From positions 18,484-82,483 of the forward strand of contig CAZVBN010000001.1 in the NCBI GenBank assembly GCA_964625845.1: a stretch of 64,000 nucleotides of DNA. Direction: 5' to 3'. The notes under the pieces were generated by a model that was given only the letters and a program-made list of their open reading frames with translations, did no database searches and had not been told where the DNA came from. Positions within the stretch are counted from its first letter, which is position 1. The number at the start of each line of letters is the position of its first letter. The translations under genes and the position numbers were made by a program. This stretch comes from an uncultured Candidatus Saccharibacteria bacterium. Its GTDB lineage: Bacteria; Patescibacteriota; Saccharimonadia; Saccharimonadales; Saccharimonadaceae. Of the stretch, positions 35,614-45,856 are shown piece by piece.

Positions 35614-35645
35614 CCCCATATTGACCATATGGGGATTTTTTATTT
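35614..35645. terminator. Hairpin terminator between convergent genes
   Basis: CCCCATAT-TGACC-ATATGGGG followed by ATTTTTTATTTTT. Confidence 0.65.
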
Positions 35646-35700
35646 TTCAAAAAATCGCCCATTTTCAGAGCGATTTTTCCTGATTTTTCGAAATTCGAAA

Positions 35701-37007
<1,307 letters not shown>

Positions 37008-37040
37008 GGTTAAAATAAAAGCTGGCGAAAATTCCAGCTT

Positions 37041-38402
37041 TTAGCTCCAATCCCAAGAAAACAGTCTTTCGAAGAATGTTTTCGAATTTCGCGGAAGTTC
37101 GGCGTTTGAGCTCGAAGTCTCCACAGAAGTTTCCGCGGGTTTCGCCGAAGCGGGATTTGGCGAAACTTGTTCAGCAAAAACCAAAAGCCTTTTTTCAGCC
37201 GTTCCAAGTGGCGTACAAGTAATTAACGTCATCCACGGCTTGTCGGTGTCGAGTACAATTTTATTGACCTCTGTCGGCAAAACAACTTCTTTGCGTCGCA
37301 CAACATAAGAATATCTCACGCCTTCATAATTCGCATAAAAAACATCGCCGGCTTCGAGCTTGTCCAGTTGAGCAAAAATAAACTTATAATCGCCACCATC
37401 AAAAAGATCGTTGCTCGAATGCCCACTCAAAACCGTGTTACCCACCTGCCCCGGAACACTGTTCGCGCCAGGAATTGCAAAATGCGCCACGCCGTTTTCC
37501 ATAGCTTTCAACTGAGAAGTCGCGTCATTGCCGACACCATAAACCACCGGGACATCGACATTGATTTTCGGAATTATGAGCTTTGGCTGTGAACCAACAG
37601 CAACGGTAGAATTTGGCATCTGAATCGTCTCTTCGGCGGTAGCATTTCCAGGCGAAACATATGCTTCAACCGTCGCAAAAATAAGTCGATTATACTGCAA
37701 AAAAACAAACAACAAAACAACCACCATCACTGAAAAAATCGGCACAAAATGGCGAGATTTACGGATTTTTTGCGTTCGCTCGCGAGCTTTTTGCGCGATA
37801 TTTTTACGAAGTTGTGCCAACGCACGCTCTTTTTTCTGCTCTTCGGTGAGATTTTCTACAACTTCCGGCTGAATGTTTGTGACTGTTTTTTTGTGATGAA
37901 CTAGCGCCGCATTGTAGTAACTTTCGTAGTATTTTTGGTAATAATTTTGCCATGCCGCGTGATATCGTCGCCACTGATCTTGACTTTGATTCGATTGTTC
38001 GTGAATTTGCGCTCTCTGTTGATTTGTTTGAGGCTTAAAATCAACCGCTCCGTTTTTGACTGAATTGTTTGGAGTGGAATTGTTTGGCGCGATCGCAGGT
38101 TTTTGATTGATCGGCGAAATGACTTTTTGCGCTCCGCCAACTCCTGTTGGTTGTAGAGTTTGCGGCTGGTTCATTTGTTTAACTGGAACCGTTGGCGCCG
38201 TCGGTTGAGCTTGAAGTTTAGCTTGATCCAAAGGCGTGGTTTGAGGCGTAGAATAATTGGTTTTTCCAGAGTAAATCTGCTCGATTTTTTCGCGACGATA
38301 ATTAACCACCGCTTGTTTTTGCGCGTCGGTAATTTGTGTGTTTTGTCGCTGCGGAGCCCGAATTCCTCTTGTTCGCGACTGAAAATTGTTTTTTTCGTCC
38401 AT
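37041..38402 (-). CDS. Sortase-family transpeptidase with a Gln/Pro/Asn-rich N-terminal extension of about 220 aa
   Basis: 453 aa. TM helix FVPIFSVMVVVLLFVFLQY, catalytic-domain motifs LSGHSS and the TLxTC-type LITCTP with downstream R. A long low-complexity region precedes the TM helix. Confidence 0.8.
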   Translation of the reverse strand: MDEKNNFQSRTRGIRAPQRQNTQITDAQKQAVVNYRREKIEQIYSGKTNYSTPQTTPLDQAKLQAQPTAPTVPVKQMNQPQTLQPTGVGGAQKVISPINQKPAIAPNNSTPNNSVKNGAVDFKPQTNQQRAQIHEQSNQSQDQWRRYHAAWQNYYQKYYESYYNAALVHHKKTVTNIQPEVVENLTEEQKKERALAQLRKNIAQKARERTQKIRKSRHFVPIFSVMVVVLLFVFLQYNRLIFATVEAYVSPGNATAEETIQMPNSTVAVGSQPKLIIPKINVDVPVVYGVGNDATSQLKAMENGVAHFAIPGANSVPGQVGNTVLSGHSSNDLFDGGDYKFIFAQLDKLEAGDVFYANYEGVRYSYVVRRKEVVLPTEVNKIVLDTDKPWMTLITCTPLGTAEKRLLVFAEQVSPNPASAKPAETSVETSSSNAELPRNSKTFFERLFSWDWS

Positions 38403-38409
38403 TTTCTTC

Positions 38410-38438
38410 TTGATTTTTCCTTACATCTATTATACAAT
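38410..38438 (+). promoter_or_regulatory. Candidate promoter for tRNA-Leu
   Basis: TTGATT-17-TACAAT, about 35 nt upstream of the tRNA 5' end. Confidence 0.4.
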
Positions 38439-38473
38439 AGAATTAGTTTTGAGTAAATAACCAAAACCTAAAT

Positions 38474-38561
38474 GCCGTGGTGGTGGAAGTGGTAGACACG
38501 CTAGACTCAAAATCTGGTGAGCGGATAGCTCGTGCCGGTTCAAGTCCGGCCCACGGTACCA
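38474..38561 (+). tRNA. tRNA-Leu, anticodon CAA, type II long variable arm, CCA encoded
   Basis: Hand fold: acceptor GCCGTGG/CCACGGT (G1-U72 wobble). Anticodon arm CTAGA-CTCAAAA-TCTGG. Variable arm GAGCGGATAGCTCGT. T arm GCCGG-TTCAAGT-CCGGC, discriminator A, then CCA. It aligns with the textbook bacterial tRNA-Leu layout. Confidence 0.9.
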
Positions 38562-38568
38562 AGCAAAG

Positions 38569-38595
38569 AACAGCTTCTCGGAGCTGTTTTTTGTT
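38569..38595 (+). terminator. Intrinsic terminator after tRNA-Leu
   Basis: AACAGCT-loop-AGCTGTT followed by TTTTTGTTTT. Confidence 0.65.
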
Positions 38596-40023
38596 TTAGT
38601 TGATAATCATCTTGACACGGACTAGTTCAAAGTTCCCACTGCTGTTTTTCTTGAAGCCATAAATATATTTTTCGTCCCGCGAAAGAGAAACTCCAAATTC
38701 CGACAAGGCTTCAAAAATTGAATACTTATTCGAGCCGTCAAAATCGCGAACGGTGATTTTTTCGTTTTCACGGTTATACAAAACGAAGTCATCCAACCAT
38801 CGCAAATCACCGCCCGAAATTTCGTATTTCGAGCTTGTTTCGAGATCGTAATTTACGGTTTTTTGGCTTGAAGAAATCTTCAAAATTCGCATTTCGCCGT
38901 TCAGGTCAATATTTTCCGTATCAAAATCCAAAGATAAAGTTTTGGCGATTTTCGGCTGGTTGCCACCAAACCATTCGTTGCCTTTGTAGATTTTTAGCGT
39001 TTTTTCGGAAAGCACGTGGATGTAGTTTTCGCTGTAATATCGACCGATTGCGATTTTTGGTTGAGACGAAAGATTTTGCGCAACCAAAGTGGTTTTTCCG
39101 CCATTTTCAAAAATTCCAACTGAATAAACTGAATTTTCACTTTTCACATAACTCAAAATATTTTCACTATAAATATCAAAATCAATGATGCCGTCCAAAA
39201 TTTTAGCCGAAATTGTCGAATTTTCGGTGTTGATTTCACGAAGCTCGTTGTTCGCCAGCGCGTAAAATTTTGTGTAGCCTTTGTCGCGGGCCGCAATTTT
39301 AGAAAAATTCAAACTAAATTCATCTGTCAAATTGTTTGATTTTTCCGCGTCAGTAAGATTAACCGCCAGCCATTCGTAATTTTCGCCATTTTTCCACTTT
39401 AAAATCGCGCGCGAAGCATTTTCGCTCAGCCCTTCTATCGAAATATTTCCAGCAATATTCGACAAGTGTTTTTCGCCTTCCGCCAAACTTCTTTCGAACA
39501 ATTTTTCTGGCAAAATAATCTCGGTCGTTTTAGGATTTTCGCCAAGATCAATCAACCAAAATTTAGCAAAACCGCTCGCATCTTGACTTATCGCGAAGAT
39601 TTTTTGCTTGTTTTGTGAAAATTTAATAGTTTTCAGGTTTTCTATATCAAAAAAACTCTCTGTGGTTTTATTTTTTGGAATCAGTCGAGCATAATTCAAC
39701 CACAAAATCTCGCCAGCACCAACCGACGCAGTTCGCGACCACGGTTCATAACCTTCTTGAGTCATTTTAAAAGTATATTTTCCCGGAACAACTTGATACT
39801 TGGTTGTTGTTTTTTCGCTCAAAGTTTTTTCATCAATCTGAACGGTTGAGCCGCTCACATTTGTCGCAAACTGGACCAAGCCAGTCTGGACGGTTTTGCC
39901 ATCGGGATTAATAATCCAGCCTTGAATCAAAAAAATCAAAACAACAACAATCGCCACCATTGCAAGCACGGTGATGAGATTTTTCAATATTATACTTATC
40001 GTCGAAGGTTTTCGTCTGTTCAT
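38596..40023 (-). CDS. Membrane-anchored extracytoplasmic protein, possible PEGA-like domain near the N-terminus
   Basis: 475 aa. TM helix LITVLAMVAIVVVLIFLI, then VQIDEKTL...VVPGKYTFKMTQEGYEPW (PEGA-like). The rest is a beta-rich region. Confidence 0.5.
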   Translation of the reverse strand: MNRRKPSTISIILKNLITVLAMVAIVVVLIFLIQGWIINPDGKTVQTGLVQFATNVSGSTVQIDEKTLSEKTTTKYQVVPGKYTFKMTQEGYEPWSRTASVGAGEILWLNYARLIPKNKTTESFFDIENLKTIKFSQNKQKIFAISQDASGFAKFWLIDLGENPKTTEIILPEKLFERSLAEGEKHLSNIAGNISIEGLSENASRAILKWKNGENYEWLAVNLTDAEKSNNLTDEFSLNFSKIAARDKGYTKFYALANNELREINTENSTISAKILDGIIDFDIYSENILSYVKSENSVYSVGIFENGGKTTLVAQNLSSQPKIAIGRYYSENYIHVLSEKTLKIYKGNEWFGGNQPKIAKTLSLDFDTENIDLNGEMRILKISSSQKTVNYDLETSSKYEISGGDLRWLDDFVLYNRENEKITVRDFDGSNKYSIFEALSEFGVSLSRDEKYIYGFKKNSSGNFELVRVKMIIN

Positions 40024-40055
40024 AGCTAAGAATTATTATACCATATTATCTGCAA

Positions 40056-41000
40056 TTACTCCAACGTGTGAAGAATTTTCGAAATTTCGATCGAAGCCTT
40101 CGCGCCAGATGCTGCGGCAACTATAATCTGTTTTTCGGCGTTTTCGATCGCATCTCCAACCGCAAAAATCCGCTTACTTGAAGTTTGAAATTTTTCATTC
40201 ACGCAAATTTCACCAAAATTATTTAGTCGAACGTTTGATTTTTTCAAAAAATCAGTGTTCGGAATCAGCCCGACAAACTCAAAAACCGCCGGCGTCTGAA
40301 TTTCGAATTTTTGAATTTCGCCGTTCTCTAGAGCTTGGTGAACCTTGACGCCACGAATTTTTTCACCGAATTCAGTTTCTTCAAAAAGCAATTCTTCGAT
40401 CTCCGCCTTCAAAAAAACTTCAATTTTTCCTTCTTCAACAGCTTTTTGGAGCCGAGTTTGGAGAATTTCTTGCGCGCGAATTTTACTGCGAACGAGCAAT
40501 TTTACCTTTGAAAATCGACTCAAAAACAGCGCTTCAGTCACGGCAGAATCTCCGCCGCCAACCGCAACAATCTCTTTGCCGGAGTAAATCGTACCATCGC
40601 AGGTGGCGCAAGTATGAATTCCGCGCCCAAAAAATTCGTCTTCGCGTGGCAAGCCAAGCTTTCGATATGAATTTCCTACCGCTAGCAAAACACTTCTCGC
40701 TTCGAGATTTTGGCCGTCTATTTTTAAGCGAACTTTTTCACCAAAATCTTCAATCTCGGAAACTTCACCATAAGAAATCTTGGCGCCGAATTTTTCGGCC
40801 TGCGCGCGCATTTTTTTAGCCAATTCAAAACCAGAAATCCCATCTTCAAAACCTGGATAATTTTCGATCAAATCAGAGGTCGTGGCAATTCCACCAATTA
40901 CCGCTTTTTCGAAAATTCGAACAGACAAGCCGTCGCGCGCCGCATAAATTGCCGCCGAAAGTCCAGCTGGGCCGCCGCCGATAATCGCTAAATCAAGCAT
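40056..41000 (-). CDS. trxB: Thioredoxin-disulfide reductase
   Basis: 314 aa. GGGPAG FAD motif, redox centre CATCDG, second GGGDSA motif. Confidence 0.92.
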   Translation of the reverse strand: MLDLAIIGGGPAGLSAAIYAARDGLSVRIFEKAVIGGIATTSDLIENYPGFEDGISGFELAKKMRAQAEKFGAKISYGEVSEIEDFGEKVRLKIDGQNLEARSVLLAVGNSYRKLGLPREDEFFGRGIHTCATCDGTIYSGKEIVAVGGGDSAVTEALFLSRFSKVKLLVRSKIRAQEILQTRLQKAVEEGKIEVFLKAEIEELLFEETEFGEKIRGVKVHQALENGEIQKFEIQTPAVFEFVGLIPNTDFLKKSNVRLNNFGEICVNEKFQTSSKRIFAVGDAIENAEKQIIVAAASGAKASIEISKILHTLE

Positions 41001-41695
41001 TAAACCCCCAAATCGTAGCTGGCTGGATCTGGCTGCGGGATTTCTTCGATTTTTGGAATCGCAAAAACAACGAATTTAAGCGGTTCATTAGCGCCGATAC
41101 TTTTGCTTGAATCTTGTGAATTTGGCTGTCCAGCTTCACCGTAAGCCTTCGCCGACGGAATTGAAATTTCGCGAATTCCGCCGATCTTCATGCCTTTTAC
41201 GCCTTCAGACCAGCCTTCAATCATCGAGCTGGCCGCGGTGATGGTGAGCGGAATTTTGAGCGCGCCATTTTCAAAAGAGCCGTCAAAAACCGTTCCGTCG
41301 GATTTCCAGCCGATATAATAAGCTGAATATTCAGTTTCGTCTGTAATTTCTGCGCCGTCGCCAACCTTCAAGTCATTTTTTTCGACATCAGTTTTTGAAT
41401 TTACACTCGCCGCATTAAACGCGCTTGGGTATTTTTCGTAATCTTTGAAAGAATCGTAATATTTAGCCGAAAGCTCCTTGGCTTGCGCTTCGCGTTTGGC
41501 GGTGTATTTTTCGTAGTCAGCCTGATATTTGGCTATCGCTTCTTGATATTTTTGCGTGTCAGCGCGTTCATTTTTCTGCTGCAAAAAACTTGCCGCGTAA
41601 AGCGCGATGGTTGAGCCGACGGTCAAAATCAAAATCGCCCAAATCGCAATTCGCTGACCTTTTGATGTTCCAGTTTGTAATCTGTTATTTGCCAT
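41000..41695 (-). CDS. Membrane-anchored FKBP-type peptidyl-prolyl isomerase
   Basis: 231 aa. TM helix IAIWAILILTVGSTIALYAA. FKBP core GWSEGVKGMKIGGIREISIPSAKAYG. Confidence 0.8.
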   Translation of the reverse strand: MANNRLQTGTSKGQRIAIWAILILTVGSTIALYAASFLQQKNERADTQKYQEAIAKYQADYEKYTAKREAQAKELSAKYYDSFKDYEKYPSAFNAASVNSKTDVEKNDLKVGDGAEITDETEYSAYYIGWKSDGTVFDGSFENGALKIPLTITAASSMIEGWSEGVKGMKIGGIREISIPSAKAYGEAGQPNSQDSSKSIGANEPLKFVVFAIPKIEEIPQPDPASYDLGV

Positions 41696-41709
41696 TTTCC
41701 CTCCTTAAA

Positions 41710-44199
41710 TTAAGTAATTTTTGCGCCAAGTTTTTCGGCGATTTTTTCTAATTTTTCAACAATTTCGCGAATTTCGTCTCCAGTCAAAGTTTTTTCGAAC
41801 GGAATAATTTTGAATCGCAACGAGATTGTTTTTGAATTTTCAGCCTCGTAAATGTCGATTGGCGAAATTTCGATTTCGATATTTTCCGCCAGATTTTTCG
41901 CGCTTTCGAAAGCTTTTTCGACTTCTCCGAACGAAATTTCTTGCTCGAATTTCAAGCTTAAATCTCGTTCAACAGATTGAAATTTTGAAAGTTTACGCAT
42001 TTGAAGTTTTTTGTCACCCCAAATTTCGCAGAGCTTTTCGAGATTTATCTCAAAGCCGGCCGTCGCTTCTGGCAATTTCATTGATTTTTGAACCGATTTT
42101 TTGAATTCACCTAAAACGCCCAGCTTGACAAATTCTCCATTCATTGTAATTCCTAGATAGGCCGATCGCTTCGGTTCGAATCCACCATGGAGTGGATTTT
42201 CTCCTGAAAATTCGCAAACTTCTAGTTTCAAACCGAGTTTTTCGAACAAATAATTCGCGAAATATTTCGCTTGATAAAACGCATTTTTGCCTTTTTTGGC
42301 AGAATACACAAGTGCGAGATTTTTGACTTCATTCGGCACATTTTCATCTGTTAAGCCAAGCGATTTCATCGTGATCTTGTTCATTTCAAAAATCGCAAAC
42401 TCATCAAATCCGCCACGAATATTTTGATTAACTTTCGAAAGTAAGCTCGGCGTCAAAGTTTGGCGATAAAACTGCAAATCCGGAGAAATTGAGTTTACAA
42501 TTCGATAAGAATTTTCTGGATTTTGACCGAATTTTTCCAACAAATCACCATGAACAAATGAATATGTCAATACTTCGTTCGCACCGCCAGCCACCAAAAT
42601 CTGGCGAATTTCAGCTTGAAGTTTGTCAAATTTTGAAAAATCCACACCGCGGAAAGTTCGCGTTGGTAAACGAAGCGCGATATTGTCGTAGCCGTTCAAG
42701 CGACCAACTTCCTCGATCAAATCCTCCTCGATATTCAAATCATTTCGCCAAAACGGAATCAAGAAAGTTTCAGGATTTTCAAATTTCGCCAAAACTCCAA
42801 CATTTTCCAAAGTTTTTTCAATCTGCTCTTGCGAAAATTCTGTGCCCAAAACTTGGTTGATTTTATCTTTTGAAACCGAAATTTCAGACTTATTGTAATA
42901 AAAATCACCCGTCGAATCCGCCACCGCGCTCAAACTTTTGCCGCCCATCGCCAAAATTCGCTCGCCAAAAAAATCAAGCACTTTGCGCGACAACATTTCA
43001 GGAATTCCCTTAGTGAAACGCGTAATCGCCTCGCTGAAAATCCCGTGTCGCATTTGAGTATTTCGCAAATTATACAGATTAAAAGTAGCACTTTCAACCA
43101 GAATCTTCGAAGTGTTTTCATCAATCGCCGTCGAAATTCCACCCATCGCGCCAGCCAACGCAATTGCGATTTCGCCACTAGCGCCGGTCGCGATCACGAT
43201 ATCTTTTTCGGTCATTTTGATTTTTCGGCCGTCAAGAAGCTCAAGCCCTTCGCCATCAAAAGCATTTCGAACGGTAATTTTGATGTCGTTCGAGCCGTTC
43301 AGTTTTTCTAATTTTTCTAGGTCAAAAGTATGAAGCGGCTGCGCAGTTTCGAGCATCAAAAAGTTAGCCAGATCTGTAATTTCGTCGATCGGACGCATAC
43401 CAGAGCGCAAAAGATAAGTTTTTTCGATCGTCAAATTTGGATTTCTGAAAACACCAGAAACGTCAAAAATCGCCGCGTTGTAGCGTTCACAAAGCTCGGA
43501 GTTTTGAATCTCGATTTCGATTTTACGACTTTCGTTTGCTTCGAATTTCGCCTGCTTCATGAATTCAGGTTCAACAAATTTTTGCCCCAAAATTCCCGCA
43601 ACTTCGCGCGCAAGACCAATAATTCCAAAACAATCTGGGCGATGTGTCAAGCTTTTATTTTCGACTTCGAGCAAGAAATCATTGAGTTCGAATTTTTCAG
43701 CAAAAGAATCGCCAGCCTGAACGCCATTTTCGAAAACTTCCGGCGAAATCTCAAGAATTCCGTCGTGTTCGTCGCCAAGCGCAAGCTCACGCAAGCTCGC
43801 AATCATTCCGTTGCTCATATTTCCCATTAGTTTTCGCGCGCCGAGTTTGAAGTTTTCGCCGCCGAAAGTTTCTGGCACGATTGATTCTGGCGGAAGCCAC
43901 GCCACAAAAATCCCGCCGCGAACATTTGGCGCACCACAAACCACTTGAATAAAGCCGTTTTCGTCGCGCTCAACACCTTGACGAACGCCGCCGTCATCGA
44001 TTTTACACAAATTCAAATGGTCGGAATTTTCGACTTTTTCAGCCGAAACAACCCGCGTAATAATCACATCTTTATATTTTTCGCCAAGGTTTTCAGCACC
44101 TTCAATTTCGACAAGTCGCGCGCCGATAAGCGTGGCGAGCTCGTCGATTTCTGGCAAGTTCGGCACAAATTTTTTAAGCCAATTTACTGAAATTATCAT
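41710..44199 (-). CDS. pheT: Phenylalanyl-tRNA synthetase beta subunit
   Basis: 829 aa. tRNA-binding, B3/4, B5 and FDX-ACB domain order, with a typical N-terminus MIISVNWLKKF. Confidence 0.95.
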   Translation of the reverse strand: MIISVNWLKKFVPNLPEIDELATLIGARLVEIEGAENLGEKYKDVIITRVVSAEKVENSDHLNLCKIDDGGVRQGVERDENGFIQVVCGAPNVRGGIFVAWLPPESIVPETFGGENFKLGARKLMGNMSNGMIASLRELALGDEHDGILEISPEVFENGVQAGDSFAEKFELNDFLLEVENKSLTHRPDCFGIIGLAREVAGILGQKFVEPEFMKQAKFEANESRKIEIEIQNSELCERYNAAIFDVSGVFRNPNLTIEKTYLLRSGMRPIDEITDLANFLMLETAQPLHTFDLEKLEKLNGSNDIKITVRNAFDGEGLELLDGRKIKMTEKDIVIATGASGEIAIALAGAMGGISTAIDENTSKILVESATFNLYNLRNTQMRHGIFSEAITRFTKGIPEMLSRKVLDFFGERILAMGGKSLSAVADSTGDFYYNKSEISVSKDKINQVLGTEFSQEQIEKTLENVGVLAKFENPETFLIPFWRNDLNIEEDLIEEVGRLNGYDNIALRLPTRTFRGVDFSKFDKLQAEIRQILVAGGANEVLTYSFVHGDLLEKFGQNPENSYRIVNSISPDLQFYRQTLTPSLLSKVNQNIRGGFDEFAIFEMNKITMKSLGLTDENVPNEVKNLALVYSAKKGKNAFYQAKYFANYLFEKLGLKLEVCEFSGENPLHGGFEPKRSAYLGITMNGEFVKLGVLGEFKKSVQKSMKLPEATAGFEINLEKLCEIWGDKKLQMRKLSKFQSVERDLSLKFEQEISFGEVEKAFESAKNLAENIEIEISPIDIYEAENSKTISLRFKIIPFEKTLTGDEIREIVEKLEKIAEKLGAKIT

Positions 44200-44776
44200 T
44201 TTTACTCCTTAAAATTTCTTCTAAAACTTCCTTCTGCTCTACTTCGTGAAAATGCTTCCCTGATTTTTCGACAACTCTGTGGTTGGCATTTTTCAATTTC
44301 CCTTTAAGAATATCCAATGATTTTAGAATATCTTCAGATTCTTCTTTGGCTTCAAGCAATACCACGCCTTCGGAAGTCTTTTTTGATAATTCTTCGTCAA
44401 CCTCGAATTCAAAAAACGATTCATCAAAGTTATGTTTCTCATTATCTGTAAAAGTTCCAATCCAAGGTGAAAGCAAAATCAATTTCTTAATCTGAATATT
44501 TTTTTCACTCAAATATCTAACCAGAAAACCACCGCCACAAGACCAGCCGATAAGGATTGTATCTTCATCTGGCTTAAATCTATCAAGTTCCTTTTTCCAG
44601 ATCTCATAGTTCGGACTATAAGAATTTGGCATTTCTATCGCTACAGCGTGAATGTTATTTATAATCAACTGTTTTGATAACCAAGGAATAAACGCCGCAT
44701 TACTAGGAGAAGGCCTGTCTGGATTTTTCCAGCTCTCAAAATGAGACCAGCCATGAATAATGATAGCTCTCCTCAC
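44174..44776 (-). CDS. YdeN/RBBP9-like alpha/beta serine hydrolase, inserted between pheS and pheT
   Basis: 200 aa. GTG start with GAGGGAG SD. IIIHGWSH and nucleophile-elbow GWSCGG. It overlaps the pheT start by 26 nt. Confidence 0.65.
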   Translation of the reverse strand: MRRAIIIHGWSHFESWKNPDRPSPSNAAFIPWLSKQLIINNIHAVAIEMPNSYSPNYEIWKKELDRFKPDEDTILIGWSCGGGFLVRYLSEKNIQIKKLILLSPWIGTFTDNEKHNFDESFFEFEVDEELSKKTSEGVVLLEAKEESEDILKSLDILKGKLKNANHRVVEKSGKHFHEVEQKEVLEEILRSKNDNFSKLA

Positions 44777-44777
44777 C

Positions 44778-45797
44778 CTAAAACTCCCTCAAAAATTCCA
44801 ATTTTCCACTTTCGAAATAACGAATATCCGAAATTCCGTATTTCAACATCACGAGCCGCTCGATTCCGCCACCCCAAGCGAAACCGCGATATTTTTTCGA
44901 ATCGATTCCGGCTGCTTCAAGCACATTCGGATGAATCATTCCGCAACCAAGCATTTCGAGCCATTCGCCGGATTTTCCGCCCAAGCTGGCTGGTTTTTCG
45001 ATCAAAAATTCCAAGCTCGGTTCGGTAAAAGGAAAATATCCCGGCTGAGTTTTGATCTGTAATTTCTGACCATAATATTCTTCAAAAAAGGCGTGAAGCG
45101 TGCCGAGCATTTCGGCCAAATTCGCTTTTTCAGATACGAAAACACCTTCGCACTGATAAAAAGTGTGCTCGTGCGTGGCGTCCAAATCTTCGTTTCGAAA
45201 AACACGACCATAAGAAACGTGCGCAATCTGACCGTGTTCTTCAAGATGTTTTTTGCCGTGCTTCAAAACGCGATTTTGCATTGTGCTGGTGTGAGCTGGC
45301 GGAATGAAACCTTCTTCTGTTCGAAAAGTGTCGTAGCCGTCGCGCGCAGGGTGATTTTCGGGGAAGTTTAGCGCACCGAACATATTCCAATCGTTGTCGA
45401 TTTGGCGAGATTCAACGGCTTCAAAGCCCATTCGCGTATAGATATCAACCACGCGTTCGAGTTCTTTTTGGAGCGGATGAGCAGAGCCATTTTTCGCACT
45501 CAAAAGGTTTGGTTTTGCTGAAATTTTCTCTGGCGAACTTGACGCAAACGGCGCCGAAATGTCGAGTTTTTCGACCGAATTATTTTCTTTTTCGGCCAAA
45601 ATTTCTTCAACTCGCGCCTGAATTTCATTCTTCAAATCATTAACTTGCGCACCAAAAAGCCCTTTTTGCTCGTTTGGCAAAGTCGGAATAATTTTGTATA
45701 ATTCCTTGATTTTTGGAGATTTCAAAATCGCCGTCGGGTCAGACAACTGCGAAAGCTCCTCCAAAAGTTCGTTTCGTATCTGTTGAATTTGTTCCAT
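44778..45797 (-). CDS. pheS: Phenylalanyl-tRNA synthetase alpha subunit
   Basis: 339 aa. Class II motifs (FRNEDLDATHEHTFYQCEG, GFAWGGGIERL). Confidence 0.95.
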   Translation of the reverse strand: MEQIQQIRNELLEELSQLSDPTAILKSPKIKELYKIIPTLPNEQKGLFGAQVNDLKNEIQARVEEILAEKENNSVEKLDISAPFASSSPEKISAKPNLLSAKNGSAHPLQKELERVVDIYTRMGFEAVESRQIDNDWNMFGALNFPENHPARDGYDTFRTEEGFIPPAHTSTMQNRVLKHGKKHLEEHGQIAHVSYGRVFRNEDLDATHEHTFYQCEGVFVSEKANLAEMLGTLHAFFEEYYGQKLQIKTQPGYFPFTEPSLEFLIEKPASLGGKSGEWLEMLGCGMIHPNVLEAAGIDSKKYRGFAWGGGIERLVMLKYGISDIRYFESGKLEFLREF

Positions 45798-45807
45798 ATT
45801 ACTTTAA

Positions 45808-45836
45808 ATTATATCACAAAAAGCCAAACTTGTCAT
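45808..45836 (-). promoter_or_regulatory. pheS promoter, very short leader
   Basis: Minus strand reads ATGACA-17-TATAAT-10 nt-ATG (45797). Confidence 0.45.
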
Positions 45837-45856
45837 GATAAATATGTTTTTTGGAA

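Noticed and set aside
38403-40023. A tRNA-adjacent region as a possible integration site for a genomic island or prophage.
   Set aside because: There is no integrase, no direct repeat of the tRNA 3' end, and no phage or transposon genes anywhere in the window. The flanking genes look like ordinary envelope genes.
42173-42183. A GGTTCGAATCC T-loop-like motif that could mark a tRNA.
   Set aside because: It lies inside the pheT coding sequence. No acceptor, D or anticodon arms can be folded around it.
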